DNA from: Parcubacteria group bacterium GW2011_GWA2_40_143
Lineage (GTDB): Bacteria; Patescibacteriota; Minisyncoccia; UBA9983
Reading direction: 5' to 3'
DNA: 64,000 nucleotides
NCBI GenBank assembly: GCA_000996035.1
Contig: LBYH01000001.1
Span: 21,676 to 85,675, forward strand
Below the pieces are notes generated by a model that saw only the letters and a list, made by a program, of their open reading frames with translations, made no database searches and was not told where the DNA came from. How positions within the stretch are numbered: the stretch's first letter is position 1; each line of letters starts with the position of its first letter. The translations under genes and the position numbers were made by a program. Shown piece after piece: positions 20,840-31,052 of this stretch.

Positions 20840-21211
20840 TTATTTACCGCTATCTATATTTAATTTTTCTTCCATGTATTTCACTCTGGACATTAGATCG
20901 TCAAACTCATGACGATAAACGAGGTGTTGCCTTATTTCAGACACATCTCTTTCTATGTACGAAAGTCTGGCATTTATATGATCCATCTTTTCGTCAACTC
21001 TTTCAAATCTTGCGTCAATTCCTTCAAATCTCGCGTCAATCTGATCAAATCTCCTGTCAATCTGCTCAAATCTTTCATCCACCCTTTTAAACCTTTCATC
21101 CATTATTTTATGCGTTTCTTCAAAACCTTTGGCCACCATTAAAGCAAGGTCATCAATTGTAACCTCTTTTTTTAATTGCCCTTTTTTTGATTTTACGGAT
21201 TTTTTAGCCAT
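20840..21211 (-). CDS. Small coiled-coil protein with (D-x-R-F-x-x-I/V) heptad repeats
   Basis: DERFKRV DERFEQI DRRFDQI DARFEGI DARFERV. Confidence 0.75.
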   Translation of the reverse strand: MAKKSVKSKKGQLKKEVTIDDLALMVAKGFEETHKIMDERFKRVDERFEQIDRRFDQIDARFEGIDARFERVDEKMDHINARLSYIERDVSEIRQHLVYRHEFDDLMSRVKYMEEKLNIDSGK

Positions 21212-21270
21212 AAATTATAAATAGATGATAGCAAATCTGCGGCAAGTGTAAACCACCCTAAAATTGAATA

Positions 21271-23955
21271 TTAAAACTGTGATAAATTCTTTCTTCTCCG
21301 AAAGAAGAGTTTGCGCAATTCTTCGGCAACGATTATTGACGCGGCTACCGGAATGATTAAAAGCCATTCTGAAAATTCCAACGGCACGGTGCGAAGAATT
21401 TTCTGCATGACCGGCATGTATATTGCGATTACCTGAAGTATAATAACCGCAAAAGTCGCGCCAACCAAATATTTATTTGAAAACCAATCCATCTTAAATA
21501 TTGATTTATTTTCCGAGCGGCAATTCCACACATTGAACCATTGAAAAATCGCGAGTGTTGTGAGTGATATTGTCCACGCTTTGGCGATATCAGTTTCAAA
21601 GTATCGGCTGAATAAGAAAAGTGTTCCTATCATCATAGGCAACGCCATAATAATCATTCTTTGAATTATCAATGAATCAATAATATATTTTTTAGGATGT
21701 TCAAATTTTCCGGACAAAAGTCCTTCTTCTTTCGGTTCCATAGCTAAGGCCATAACAAGAAACCCGTCAGTTACGAAATTAAGCCAAATAATTTGTGCCG
21801 CGAGAATCGGCAACGGATACCCCAAAAACAAAGCGACAGAAATCACCAGCACTTCTCCGGCGCTTGTTGAGAAAAGATACAAGATAACCTTTTTTATCGT
21901 CTTATATATGCTTCGGCCTTCCTCAATTGCCGAAATAATGCTCCCAAAATTATCATCAAGCAATACAATATCCGAAGCTTCTTTCGCAACCTCCGTGCCG
22001 ATTTTACCCATGGAAACTCCGAGATCAGCGGCCACAAGCGACGGCGCGTCGTTAACTCCATCTCCTGTCATGGCGATAATTTCACCTCTCTTTTTGTAAG
22101 CGTTGATAATCTGCATTTTGTGCTCAGGCGTCACTCTGGCGAAAACCGTTGTGTTTGCCAGTTTATCGGCAAGCTCAGCGTCATACATCTTTTCAATTTC
22201 ATCTCCGGTTAGCACCGTATCTCCTTCTTGGTATATGCCCGCCTCCTTGGCAATGGCGCGGGCGGTTATCTTATGGTCGCCGGTTATCATTACCACCCTG
22301 ATTCCCGCCTCTTTCGCTCGCTGCATTGCTCCTTTAACTTCCGGCCGGAGAGTATCTTGCATGCCGAAAAATCCGACAAAAGACAGCGAATGAATTGATT
22401 CCTTTTTTAATTGTTTTGGCGCTTCATCACAAGCCGCGACCGCGATAACGCGAAGCCCTTCCTCCGACATGCCGGTAAATATTTTCTCAAGTTCTTCTTT
22501 CTCATCCGTTTCGAGAGGATGATTCTTTCCTCCGCGCCTAATATCAACGCAAAGCGAAAGTATCTTCTCCGGCGCGCCGGTAACGATTAAGAGATGGCCT
22601 TTTTCCGTCTGATGCAGAGTGGCGCGATACTTCATCTTATAATCAAAAGGAATTTCTGAAATAAGAGGCGATTCTCTCAAGAGATCTTCTTTGCGAAAGC
22701 CCGCTTTCTCGGCAAACACAAGCATGGCGGCTTCAGTGGGATCTCCGGCTATGCGCCACTCCTTTGCTTCTTCAACATAAAAGAGACGAGCGCCGGCAAC
22801 AAGCGAAGTGGTTTTTCCCAAATACAACAATTCATCATGCTTTGCCACACTGACAAGATTCTTATCAAACTTGATTTCCCCCTTAGGTTCATATCCGATA
22901 CCGCCAACTTCAAATAATTTGCCGCCCGCCCACGCTTTGCGTATGACAAGTTCGTTTTTAGTAATGGTTCCCGTCTTGTCCACCGCAATCACTCGCGCTT
23001 GTCCGAGGGCTTCCACGGCTTGAAGCCTCTTTACAAGCGCGTTCCGCTTTGACATGCGCCAAACGCCAGTCGCAAGTACAAGTGTCATAACAATTGGCAG
23101 CCCTTCGGGAATAATTGAGACGGAAAGCGAAACAACGGTCGTGAACATTTCTTTGGCGGAATGACCGAAAAGTATGCCGGCAGTGAAAAGAATCGTACCA
23201 ATGACAACGACGGCGACAATAATTGCCCGCGAGAGATGGCGGATGTTTGCCTTGAGCGGAGTTTCCGTATCAATGGCGGAAATTTGTTTAGCGATACCGC
23301 CAATCACAGTGCCAAGCCCCGTTGCCACCACGATTGCCCGGCCATTACCGGAAACAATATGCGTACCTTTCCAAACCATATTCTTTTGCTCCGCTGTAGG
23401 AAGATTATCTTTTTCAAGAACATTAGTATTTTTATGTATCGGCTCGGATTCTCCGGTCAAAGAAGCCTCGTCTATTTTTAAACTTTGAGAGAAAATAACC
23501 CGAGCATCGGCTGGAATTCGTTCTCCCTCCTGAAGAATGAGAATGTCGCCGGGAACCACCTCCATATCCGGAATGATAAATTCTTTTCCATCACGAAGGA
23601 CCGTCGCGCTTGTTGCCACGAATTTTTTGAGAGCGAGGAGAGTATTTTGGGCTTTACCTTCTTGAATAACACCGATAATGGCGTTAAACAAAAGTACGGT
23701 GAGAATAATCAAGCCGTCCATGGTCTCGCCCATAGCAAAAACAACCGCGCTGGCGACAAGAAGGATATAAATAAGCGGACTCTGGAACTGACTTAAAAAG
23801 AGTCTTCGCTTGGATCGCGGCTTTTCTTCCAGAAGACTATTCCCGCCGTATTGCTTAAGACGCTCATCTGCCGCTTCAAGCGAGAGCCCCCAATCCGAAC
23901 TCTCAAGCTTCTCAAATATTTTTTCTAATGTGAACGAGTACCATGGTCGCGCCAT
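21271..23955 (-). CDS. P2-type (Ca2+-like) cation-transporting ATPase
   Basis: TGES, IPEGLP, DKTGT and TGDGVNDAP motifs. Confidence 0.92.
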   Translation of the reverse strand: MARPWYSFTLEKIFEKLESSDWGLSLEAADERLKQYGGNSLLEEKPRSKRRLFLSQFQSPLIYILLVASAVVFAMGETMDGLIILTVLLFNAIIGVIQEGKAQNTLLALKKFVATSATVLRDGKEFIIPDMEVVPGDILILQEGERIPADARVIFSQSLKIDEASLTGESEPIHKNTNVLEKDNLPTAEQKNMVWKGTHIVSGNGRAIVVATGLGTVIGGIAKQISAIDTETPLKANIRHLSRAIIVAVVVIGTILFTAGILFGHSAKEMFTTVVSLSVSIIPEGLPIVMTLVLATGVWRMSKRNALVKRLQAVEALGQARVIAVDKTGTITKNELVIRKAWAGGKLFEVGGIGYEPKGEIKFDKNLVSVAKHDELLYLGKTTSLVAGARLFYVEEAKEWRIAGDPTEAAMLVFAEKAGFRKEDLLRESPLISEIPFDYKMKYRATLHQTEKGHLLIVTGAPEKILSLCVDIRRGGKNHPLETDEKEELEKIFTGMSEEGLRVIAVAACDEAPKQLKKESIHSLSFVGFFGMQDTLRPEVKGAMQRAKEAGIRVVMITGDHKITARAIAKEAGIYQEGDTVLTGDEIEKMYDAELADKLANTTVFARVTPEHKMQIINAYKKRGEIIAMTGDGVNDAPSLVAADLGVSMGKIGTEVAKEASDIVLLDDNFGSIISAIEEGRSIYKTIKKVILYLFSTSAGEVLVISVALFLGYPLPILAAQIIWLNFVTDGFLVMALAMEPKEEGLLSGKFEHPKKYIIDSLIIQRMIIMALPMMIGTLFLFSRYFETDIAKAWTISLTTLAIFQWFNVWNCRSENKSIFKMDWFSNKYLVGATFAVIILQVIAIYMPVMQKILRTVPLEFSEWLLIIPVAASIIVAEELRKLFFRRRKNLSQF

Positions 23956-23975
23956 AATATTTATTATAACAAGTT

Positions 23976-24998
23976 TTAATAGTTTTTTAGAACATCCAAA
24001 ATATTTTCAGAAAGAGAAGCAAATTCTTTTTTTGATTGCTCTAAATTCTCTTTAGTCCCTTTAACATTCTCAAAGCCATCAATTGTTGGATCAAGATTGA
24101 AAATAGCCTTATTTTTAATCTGAGCAAGTGGTGGCAACTGACCATAATCTTTAATAAGCGCGAGTGGACTGCTCCAAGACTTTTCTACAAGACCATTGCG
24201 ACAATGTTTTTCAGATAAATACTTCTTAATAAATGTTGGTATTTTCTCAATCCATTCTTCATTGCTCTTGATCGGTTTTTTAGAATATTGATTATATGAA
24301 TTTACAATATAGCCAATAAATAACCCTTCTCCATCTAAGACCTTATTATGTGGTATACCCTTATCTCTCGCCAAAACTTTTGCTGTTTTCTTCCAATTAT
24401 CTTTCCATGCTTCAAAAGTATTTCCTAGATTTTCAATTCCCTGCACGGAAAAAGCATCAGGCATAAGCGGAGTTATAAAATAATCCGAACCAAGAAAAAT
24501 TACCCTATTTAAAAGATTTAGATTTGGAGAAGTATCCACTATAAAAAGATCAATTTCTTCCGCTAAACCTTTTTCAGTTAAAAATCGATCGATAGCGCTA
24601 GTACTAAAGAAGCCTCGTTCTGATCCTTGAGCAGCTTCTCCATACGCTGAAATAAGAGAATTTTCATACTCAGAAAGCTTTAAACTTCCGGGCAATATAA
24701 ACAAATTACCAGAAGAGCCGATTTTTTCAAATTGCACGCTTGTGTCAATATCAGCCCCACCTCTCACTACGCCTTGCAAAACTGTATATATTGTTTTCTG
24801 GCTATCTGAAAAAAGATTCTCTTCAAAAGTATTCCCAAGAGAAATACGAGAAAGATTGCATTGAGGGTCTAAGTCAACCAATACTGTTTTATAGCCCATT
24901 TCCGCAAATTTAACCGCTGTATTATAGGCAAGAGTGGTCTTCCCAACTCCCCCCTTATTATTAAAATAAACCAGTTTTTTCGTACGAGTAAACTTCAT
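23976..24998 (-). CDS. ParA/Soj-family ATPase (island-associated)
   Basis: NNKGGVGKTT and DLDPQCN motifs. Confidence 0.85.
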   Translation of the reverse strand: MKFTRTKKLVYFNNKGGVGKTTLAYNTAVKFAEMGYKTVLVDLDPQCNLSRISLGNTFEENLFSDSQKTIYTVLQGVVRGGADIDTSVQFEKIGSSGNLFILPGSLKLSEYENSLISAYGEAAQGSERGFFSTSAIDRFLTEKGLAEEIDLFIVDTSPNLNLLNRVIFLGSDYFITPLMPDAFSVQGIENLGNTFEAWKDNWKKTAKVLARDKGIPHNKVLDGEGLFIGYIVNSYNQYSKKPIKSNEEWIEKIPTFIKKYLSEKHCRNGLVEKSWSSPLALIKDYGQLPPLAQIKNKAIFNLDPTIDGFENVKGTKENLEQSKKEFASLSENILDVLKNY

Positions 24999-25045
24999 GT
25001 TTATATAATATCAAATTTTATAAAAACAAGCACGCCAACCCTTTA

Positions 25046-25140
25046 TCACGGCTCGCCTTTAAAAGCCTTGTTCAAAATTGATTTCTTCATCTCCTCCAAA
25101 ATCTCCTTCGGCTCACGCAAGGAAATTTCACTCTTCAAAG
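25046..25140 (-). pseudogene. Type I restriction-modification remnant: HsdM-like tail fused to HsdS-like tail
   Basis: EISLREPKEILEEM (resembles HsdM C-termini) is joined to KKSILNKAFKGE (HsdS C-terminal motif). Confidence 0.55.
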
Positions 25141-25268
25141 TCGCGCCTTTTCCCGCCACTTCACAACTGCCACAAGCGCTGGAAGCGAATTCCGAAATGT
25201 TGGCTGGCGTCCTTGAGTAAGAACCGCGGTCGGTCAAGCCCCGTAAGGACATTTTCAATACTTTTATC

Positions 25269-25419
25269 TTATCATTTCGACGGTCTTTGAGCAGTAGGTT
25301 TTTTATACAAATCAGGGTTTTGCTTTCTGTCCATTTTCAGCAACAAACTAAAGAAACCTACGGCTCTATCTAGCTCTTCTTTAGTCCAATTCTTCGGATT
25401 TCCTTTATCTTTATTTTTC
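25269..25419 (-). CDS. Small hypothetical protein (~49 aa; ends approximate)
   Basis: MKNKDKGNPKNWTKEELDRAVGFFSLLLKMDRKQNP... read by eye; below the ORF-track cutoff. Confidence 0.45.
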
Positions 25420-25468
25420 ATAAAAAGTGACAGTGAATCGCTATGTAAAGTTACACAATGATGTAACT

Positions 25469-26581
25469 CTATTTTGACAGTAATTTGCTATCAATAAAAC
25501 TTTTCAGAGAATAATTTACTATCCTTTCAAACCAACGGGTACGCGGCAACTTCTCTTTCTCAGATATTTTCTTTCTATCCATACTCATTCCCACAGAAGA
25601 ATCAATGTCCCATTTCTTCACATCATCTCCTCTCATATCCATACTCAAAAACATTGGCTTACCTGTATGTAAGTATGCAGACCGTGCATCATAGATGCGT
25701 TTAGCATATTTAGACACGTCACCCTTTGATATATAGCAATGAGAAGCCTGCTTAGGAACCTCGCCAGAAAATCCATCTGCATACTGTTCGATAAAATCTA
25801 CAAACCTTTTACAGATCTTTCTATTTTGAAGCCACCTCTCAATCTGCCCCCACTCATCTGGAATAAATAACTCCTTGTCCTTAAGTTCTATTAGCTTTTT
25901 CTCTAAATTATCAGACTCCACTTTAGATATATCTAAAAGTGCCTCAATTGAGGAAACCATTTTTATGAAAAACAACTCATGATCAACTCCTATTTCTTTA
26001 ATAGCCACAGAATACCAATGAACCGCTCTAATGAGGTTTTGGTGGTGCTTTTCATCAACCGTCTTTGTGGAATCAAGAAAGTTTAAAAGACCATTATCTT
26101 TACACCAATTCCTATCGTGATTTGAGAACATTTCAAGATTCAAACAAGTTAAATCATCGTTAATTTTTTTATACAGAAATTTCTTTTCCAATCGCATCCT
26201 TATACTCTGAGGAGTCATAGCTCCAGTAATTGTTGCTTTGAGATAAAAACGTGCCTGAAAATAGAAAGAGAATAAAGCAATAATTTCTCCAACTAATCCC
26301 TCTTTAAAGTAATACCCGTCTTTTGAGTAGTTACTCTCATCGTAATCGAAAACTTTCTCAACGTGCTTAATCTTTAAGATATAAGTGTAGAGATTGTTAT
26401 CGTCAGCCTCTTGATACAACGAGCATTCAAGCATTCCATCGCCATAGGTAAAAACGCCAGGTATTCTCACTTCTGAACATATTTCATACTCAGTGAAATA
26501 AATAGGGGTTTCTCCAGCTTGCTCTAATTCTTCAAGCTTGAGTACCCACTGCATTCTATTGTCGATTTTTTGTCTTTTCAT
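25469..26581 (-). CDS. HEPN-domain protein (ApeA-like), candidate defence RNase
   Basis: C-terminal YDA-RSAYLH-TG (RxxxxH) preceded by SSIEAL. Confidence 0.65.
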   Translation of the reverse strand: MKRQKIDNRMQWVLKLEELEQAGETPIYFTEYEICSEVRIPGVFTYGDGMLECSLYQEADDNNLYTYILKIKHVEKVFDYDESNYSKDGYYFKEGLVGEIIALFSFYFQARFYLKATITGAMTPQSIRMRLEKKFLYKKINDDLTCLNLEMFSNHDRNWCKDNGLLNFLDSTKTVDEKHHQNLIRAVHWYSVAIKEIGVDHELFFIKMVSSIEALLDISKVESDNLEKKLIELKDKELFIPDEWGQIERWLQNRKICKRFVDFIEQYADGFSGEVPKQASHCYISKGDVSKYAKRIYDARSAYLHTGKPMFLSMDMRGDDVKKWDIDSSVGMSMDRKKISEKEKLPRTRWFERIVNYSLKSFIDSKLLSK

Positions 26582-26639
26582 ATGCTTGTATATTAACTAG
26601 TAATTATACAAGGTCAACGTGCAACTTTTGGGGTCCGGG

Positions 26640-27279
26640 CCAACAAGAAGTGGCAACAAAGGATTAACCTTGAGCAACATATATCTTATATTACAAAACC
26701 CGTTTTATTATGGAGTTTTTGAGTACCCGAGAAAAAGCGGGAACTTTTACACAGGAAAGCACGAGCCAATTATTTCTAAAGAACTCTTTGATCAAGTCCA
26801 AGGGCAGGTAAAGAGCCAAGTATTGAGAGTGCAAGAACCAAAAGAATTCGCTTTCACTAAAATGATGACTTGCGGACTCTGCGGGTCTGGAATCTGTGCT
26901 GATGAAAAGTTTAAGAAATTGAAAGATGGATCTGTAAACAGACATATTTACTACGGATGTACAAAGTCCAAAGACAAGTACTGTAAATGTGGCTACATAA
27001 ATGAGGTAGATCTGTTAAAGCAGTTTGAAAAATTAATAGATCGAATCGAGATAAATGGGATTGGTATAAAAAAAAATCAAAAAAGATGTTGAACGATTTA
27101 AGAAATTTCAGCAAATGCTTTTGGGTAAGAGAGAGAAAATAGTGATCGGTGATATTGATATTCGTAATTATGCAAAATACATACTAAAAGAAGGAGAGGA
27201 TATTGAAAGAAGAGAACTTTTAGGATGTTTAAATGGCCAGATAAGACTTAAAAACAAAGAGATTACGATAGTTCAATAA
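26640..27279 (+). pseudogene. Large serine recombinase remnant (recombinase + Zn-ribbon; catalytic domain missing; frameshift in A9 at 27068-27076)
   Basis: ILQNPFYYG..GKHEPIISKELFDQVQ and CGLCGS..YYGC motifs; the reading frame resumes after the poly-A and stops at 27279. Confidence 0.8.
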
Positions 27280-27314
27280 ACTTAGACGCTTACCCACTGA
27301 AACAAAAGAATTCA

Positions 27315-27985
27315 TCACACACCTTTTTGAAAGATAAAAAGGTGTTCGTGCATTATCAACAAAAAATTTGATTCTTTTGATTTTGTGACCCAAAATCCAG
27401 TTGCTTTGCAATTAAACTGTCTTTTTATTATATCTTCTTTTAAAACAAAACCTGAATCTAAAAACTTCTGCATTACCTTAAAAGCAAGTGGTTGATACAT
27501 TTTATTTCTTCGAGTATCTCCCATTAAAATTGCACAGTATTTTCCTTTCTTTAAAACTCGAAACAACTCTTTGGCAACTTTTTCTATTTCATCAACAAAA
27601 GCGTCTATGTCGTGTATTCCCGAAAGATCTTCCTTAATCTTACCCTCACTGTATTTTATTATGTCTGCATATGGAGGATGAGTTAGAACAAAATCAATTT
27701 CATTGTCTTTAATAAAACTCATATCTCTCGCATCGCATTTCGCGATCCGTTGTTTCGCTTTATTATCAACTTCAAATTCAAGAGATTTTTTCGTTCTCTC
27801 TAACGCTTCATCATTAACATCAATACAAGTAATATGACGATTTAAAATTTTTGCTTCTATTGCGGTAGTACCTCCGCCAATCATGCAGTCGAGCAAGTGG
27901 TCTTTCTCTTTTGAGTAACGCAAAATAAGATTGCGAGCTACTTCTGGCGACCAGTTTCCACACCAGTCAGATTTATGTGCCCGTC
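27315..27985 (-). pseudogene. Amino-DNA methyltransferase (DpnA-like), N-terminus apparently replaced
   Basis: HKSDW.GNWSPEVARNLILRYS, DCMIGGGTT and THPPY motifs; upstream of ~27985 the frame overlaps an unrelated 67-aa ORF. Confidence 0.7.
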
Positions 27986-28176
27986 CACTCTTTCTCGCAT
28001 TCAGCACAGCGGTTATTGCCAGTGTGCTCAAACATGTCGGTAAAACCGTTTGGCTGATATATGTTTTCCTTTTTGCTCCAGAAAAACTCATCATCGATAA
28101 CTGTCTCGACATATTTACGCTCAGCTCCACAGTGTTGACATGCATGTTTTGGGTACTTTCTTGTTTCATTTTCCAT
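27973..28176 (-). CDS. Small Cys-rich (CxxC...CxxC) protein downstream of the DpnI-like gene
   Basis: CQHC and CAEC motifs; 67 aa. Confidence 0.55.
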   Translation of the reverse strand: MENETRKYPKHACQHCGAERKYVETVIDDEFFWSKKENIYQPNGFTDMFEHTGNNRCAECEKEWTGT

Positions 28177-28202
28177 AATTAGATCCTTGATCGAATCGAT
28201 TT

Positions 28203-28970
28203 CTATGTCAAGCGATATTTTCCAGCTTCAACGAATTCAAGATAACCTTTATCTCTCAAAAATTGTAATTGCTGTCTTATTTTCGGCTTTATATTTTTGT
28301 TTTCAGGATGAATGACAGATAAGTCTTGCTCAAAAGCATACATATCTTCCAGTGTGAAATCTTTTTTATTGAGAGAGTCAATGCAATTCATAATGTCTAA
28401 AATCCAACCCTTAGCGTCAGGTTTTTTAACTTGTTTTAGAAACACTGTTTTCTGCCATTTTTCCAATACATCTTTTTTATCAAGCTCTTTTCCATTTTCA
28501 ATATAAAAAATTTGCCCTGCTTTTGGTATTTTTGAAAACAGAATATTTGAACCAACCCAACCAGCTCGTCTGGCACTTTCTGCGAGAGGTTTTCGTTCTT
28601 CGATAATTTCAGATACAAAAAAGTGTTTTGGGATAACAAAAAAATCATTCACATTCCACATCTCGACCATATAACCCATAAAAAAGAAGTTTGGTTTTTG
28701 AAACGAATTGATTCTCTTTATCATCTGAGAGTAAGCACCCGCAGAAACTTTTTTGCCAATTTTGCCTTTTTTAGATTTTAACTCAAAATCTTCGGAACAT
28801 TTTTTGCAATAAAAATCTGCAACAGGTTTGTTGTTGTCGTAATCGTAAATACTATCACCACAACTTGGACAATATATTTCATTAAGAACCCAAGCCTCAC
28901 TTAGAACACGGGCTTTTTGAGAATAACTTGTGTAAGTGTCAGCTAGTTTAGTATCGAAAGTTAAGTTCAT
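28203..28970 (-). CDS. DpnI-like / Dam-replacing family methyl-directed restriction endonuclease
   Basis: YCPSCG..NNKPVADFYC..C.EDFELKS, ARRAGWVG, and winged-helix HPENKNIKPKIRQQLQFLRDKG. Confidence 0.9.
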   Translation of the reverse strand: MNLTFDTKLADTYTSYSQKARVLSEAWVLNEIYCPSCGDSIYDYDNNKPVADFYCKKCSEDFELKSKKGKIGKKVSAGAYSQMIKRINSFQKPNFFFMGYMVEMWNVNDFFVIPKHFFVSEIIEERKPLAESARRAGWVGSNILFSKIPKAGQIFYIENGKELDKKDVLEKWQKTVFLKQVKKPDAKGWILDIMNCIDSLNKKDFTLEDMYAFEQDLSVIHPENKNIKPKIRQQLQFLRDKGYLEFVEAGKYRLT

Positions 28971-28973
28971 AAA

Positions 28974-29717
28974 TTAAGCAAAAGTGTACGAAGTAAACGA
29001 TGCAGTTTTACTTACTGGATAATATGGTGGATCAAAATAAACAAAATCTCCCTTTTTTGCTTTTTTAAGTACTTCTTTATAATCTTGTTTTTTTATTTCA
29101 ACATTTTTTAATGCTTTTGATGCTTTTCTAAGATTATTTTCATCGCAAATAAGAGGATTTGTGTATTTACCAAATGGAACATTAAATCCGCCTCTGCTAT
29201 TCACGCGATACATACCATTGAAACAAGTTCTATTCAGATAGATAAAGCGAGAAGCAGTATTTAAGTCAGAGAGTTTTTCTGGGTTTTGAACTCGTATTTT
29301 TAGAAAGTAGTCTTTATCTAGTTTGTGTTTTTTAAGTGATTTTATTAGATTTTCAACATCATTTTTTATCACATTGTAAGTGATAACAAGTTCGTTGTTT
29401 AAATCGGAAAGATATGCTGTCTCTGGAAGTAAATCAAAGAACACTGCACCTCCGCCAACAAAAGGCTCGAAATATTTTCCTTTTTTAATATCAAATTTTT
29501 CAGGTGGGTATAGATTCATTAAACGAAATTGTGCGAGAAGCTGTCTTTTCCCACCAACCCATTTAACAAAAGGTTTTGGCTTTTCATCAATAATTCTTCC
29601 AGAGTCTTCTAATAGATTTGTTTTGTCGGCAAGTGAGAATACTCTCTGTGCGTAAATTGCATTAATATTGAAGGTGTTCTGAATCTCCTTTATAGCTTTT
29701 TTTGTGGTCATTAGCAT
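28974..29717 (-). pseudogene. Dam/DpnM-family adenine methyltransferase, C-terminally truncated
   Basis: KWVGGK, EPFVGGGAV, YLNRTCFNG and DPPY motifs; stops ~14 aa after DPPY (SFTSYTFA*), lacking the usual downstream motifs. Confidence 0.8.
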
Positions 29718-29762
29718 AACTTCATTTTACAATAATCTTGAATTAATATAAAGGTAATAGTC

Positions 29763-29798
29763 GAACACAAAGCCACCCGATCGGGTGGCTTTGTGTTC
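29763..29798. terminator. Hairpin terminator downstream of tRNA-Gln
   Basis: gaacacaaagccacccga/tcgggtggctttgtgttc perfect inverted repeat. Confidence 0.75.
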
Positions 29799-29874
29799 TG
29801 AATACTGCTCTCAGCAGGTATGCAATTTAAGTATAGATCTTCCTGATTAGCTCTATCTTTGAGCTAGCTCAAGT

Positions 29875-29948
29875 TGGCTGCCAGACTAGGATTCGAACCT
29901 AGATAACAGGTTTCAGAGACCTGTGTCCTACCATTAGACGATCTGGCA
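29875..29948 (-). tRNA. tRNA-Gln(CTG), CCA encoded
   Basis: Cloverleaf with anticodon loop CTCTGAA and T-loop GGTTCGAATCC. Confidence 0.93.
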
Positions 29949-30110
29949 ATATGTTCTTGACAATGTTTTTACATTCCCAATCTACCAGAAAAATGGCCAA
30001 AAATCCAATTTTTGTGATATGGTTTAAATATAATGTGGCGGTCTCTCCGGAAATAAAAGCTTGTTTTGACGAGTTTATAGAACTCTTGAAAGACCAGTCG
30101 TATGGATAGG

Positions 30111-31031
30111 CTAAACCCTCAGATACCGCCTTATGGCGATGAAGCTGGAAACAGAGCAGATCAACACGCCGATTATCAAAAGAATTACAAAGATTTGTCC
30201 GAAGTTTTGGATATAATAATTATACACATTCATGCCGCTTAAAAAGTTTTCCGTGAGAGCGCCAAGCCACATGGTAACGGGAAAGAACATAATCATGGTA
30301 ATAATGGCCGAAACCACGCCGTACATAACACCCTCCACTATAAACGGCCCGCTGGCAAATTTATTGCTAGCTCCCACCAAGCGCATTACTTCTATCTCTT
30401 CGCGAGAGGAATAGATAGTAAGCCTGATAGTATTGAAAGTAACCAATATGGCGACACCGGCAAGCACCAAGCTAATAATCACCCCGAATCTCTGCGCCGA
30501 ATCTGTGAGCACGGAAAGACGTTCTATGACTCTTTTATTTTCAAAATAGTTTATCTTGTCTATATAATCACTCGCGCCGGAATTCATGTGACTATTCAAA
30601 AAATTGGCGATTGATTCATATTGAGAAATTTCTTTAGCTTTTATGTTTAAAGAAGCGCCAAGAGGATTCTCACCTAATTCATCCAAAGATTGCATAAGGA
30701 GAGCGTTATTTTTGTTTCTCTCTTTAAAACTTTCCAGGGCTTGTTCTCTGTCAACATACGCCACATCCTTCGTTTCCGACAATTTAGAAACAGCTGTTTT
30801 AATGGTCATTATGTCCTGCTCTTGAGCCTCCGGCTTGAAATATACGGTTATGTCCACTTTGTCTTTAAGCTGGGCAACGAGCGCGTCAAGACCACCTTTA
30901 AAAAACACCAGCGAGCCGATAGTAAAAAGGGTTATCACCACCACCAGAATGGAAGCGAGCGACACCCAGCCATTTCGCCAAAAACTCATAAAACCCGCCC
31001 TTATGACTCTTTTTAATTTTGTGAAAAACAT
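30111..31031 (-). CDS. ftsX: Cell division permease FtsX
   Basis: NTIRLTIYSSREEIEVMRLVGAS motif; follows ftsE. Confidence 0.92.
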   Translation of the reverse strand: MFFTKLKRVIRAGFMSFWRNGWVSLASILVVVITLFTIGSLVFFKGGLDALVAQLKDKVDITVYFKPEAQEQDIMTIKTAVSKLSETKDVAYVDREQALESFKERNKNNALLMQSLDELGENPLGASLNIKAKEISQYESIANFLNSHMNSGASDYIDKINYFENKRVIERLSVLTDSAQRFGVIISLVLAGVAILVTFNTIRLTIYSSREEIEVMRLVGASNKFASGPFIVEGVMYGVVSAIITMIMFFPVTMWLGALTENFLSGMNVYNYYIQNFGQIFVILLIIGVLICSVSSFIAIRRYLRV

Positions 31032-31052
31032 TTGCTTTATTATTTCTAAATA

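Noticed and set aside
25200-25230. tggctggcg as a second att copy of the tRNA-Gln 3' end
   Set aside because: Only about 6 bp match, which is within chance.
27986-28169. N-terminal 60 aa of the 284-aa methyltransferase ORF
   Set aside because: It does not resemble an MTase N-terminus and is the alternate frame of the 67-aa CxxC ORF. It could still supply a start codon, so residual MTase activity is not excluded.
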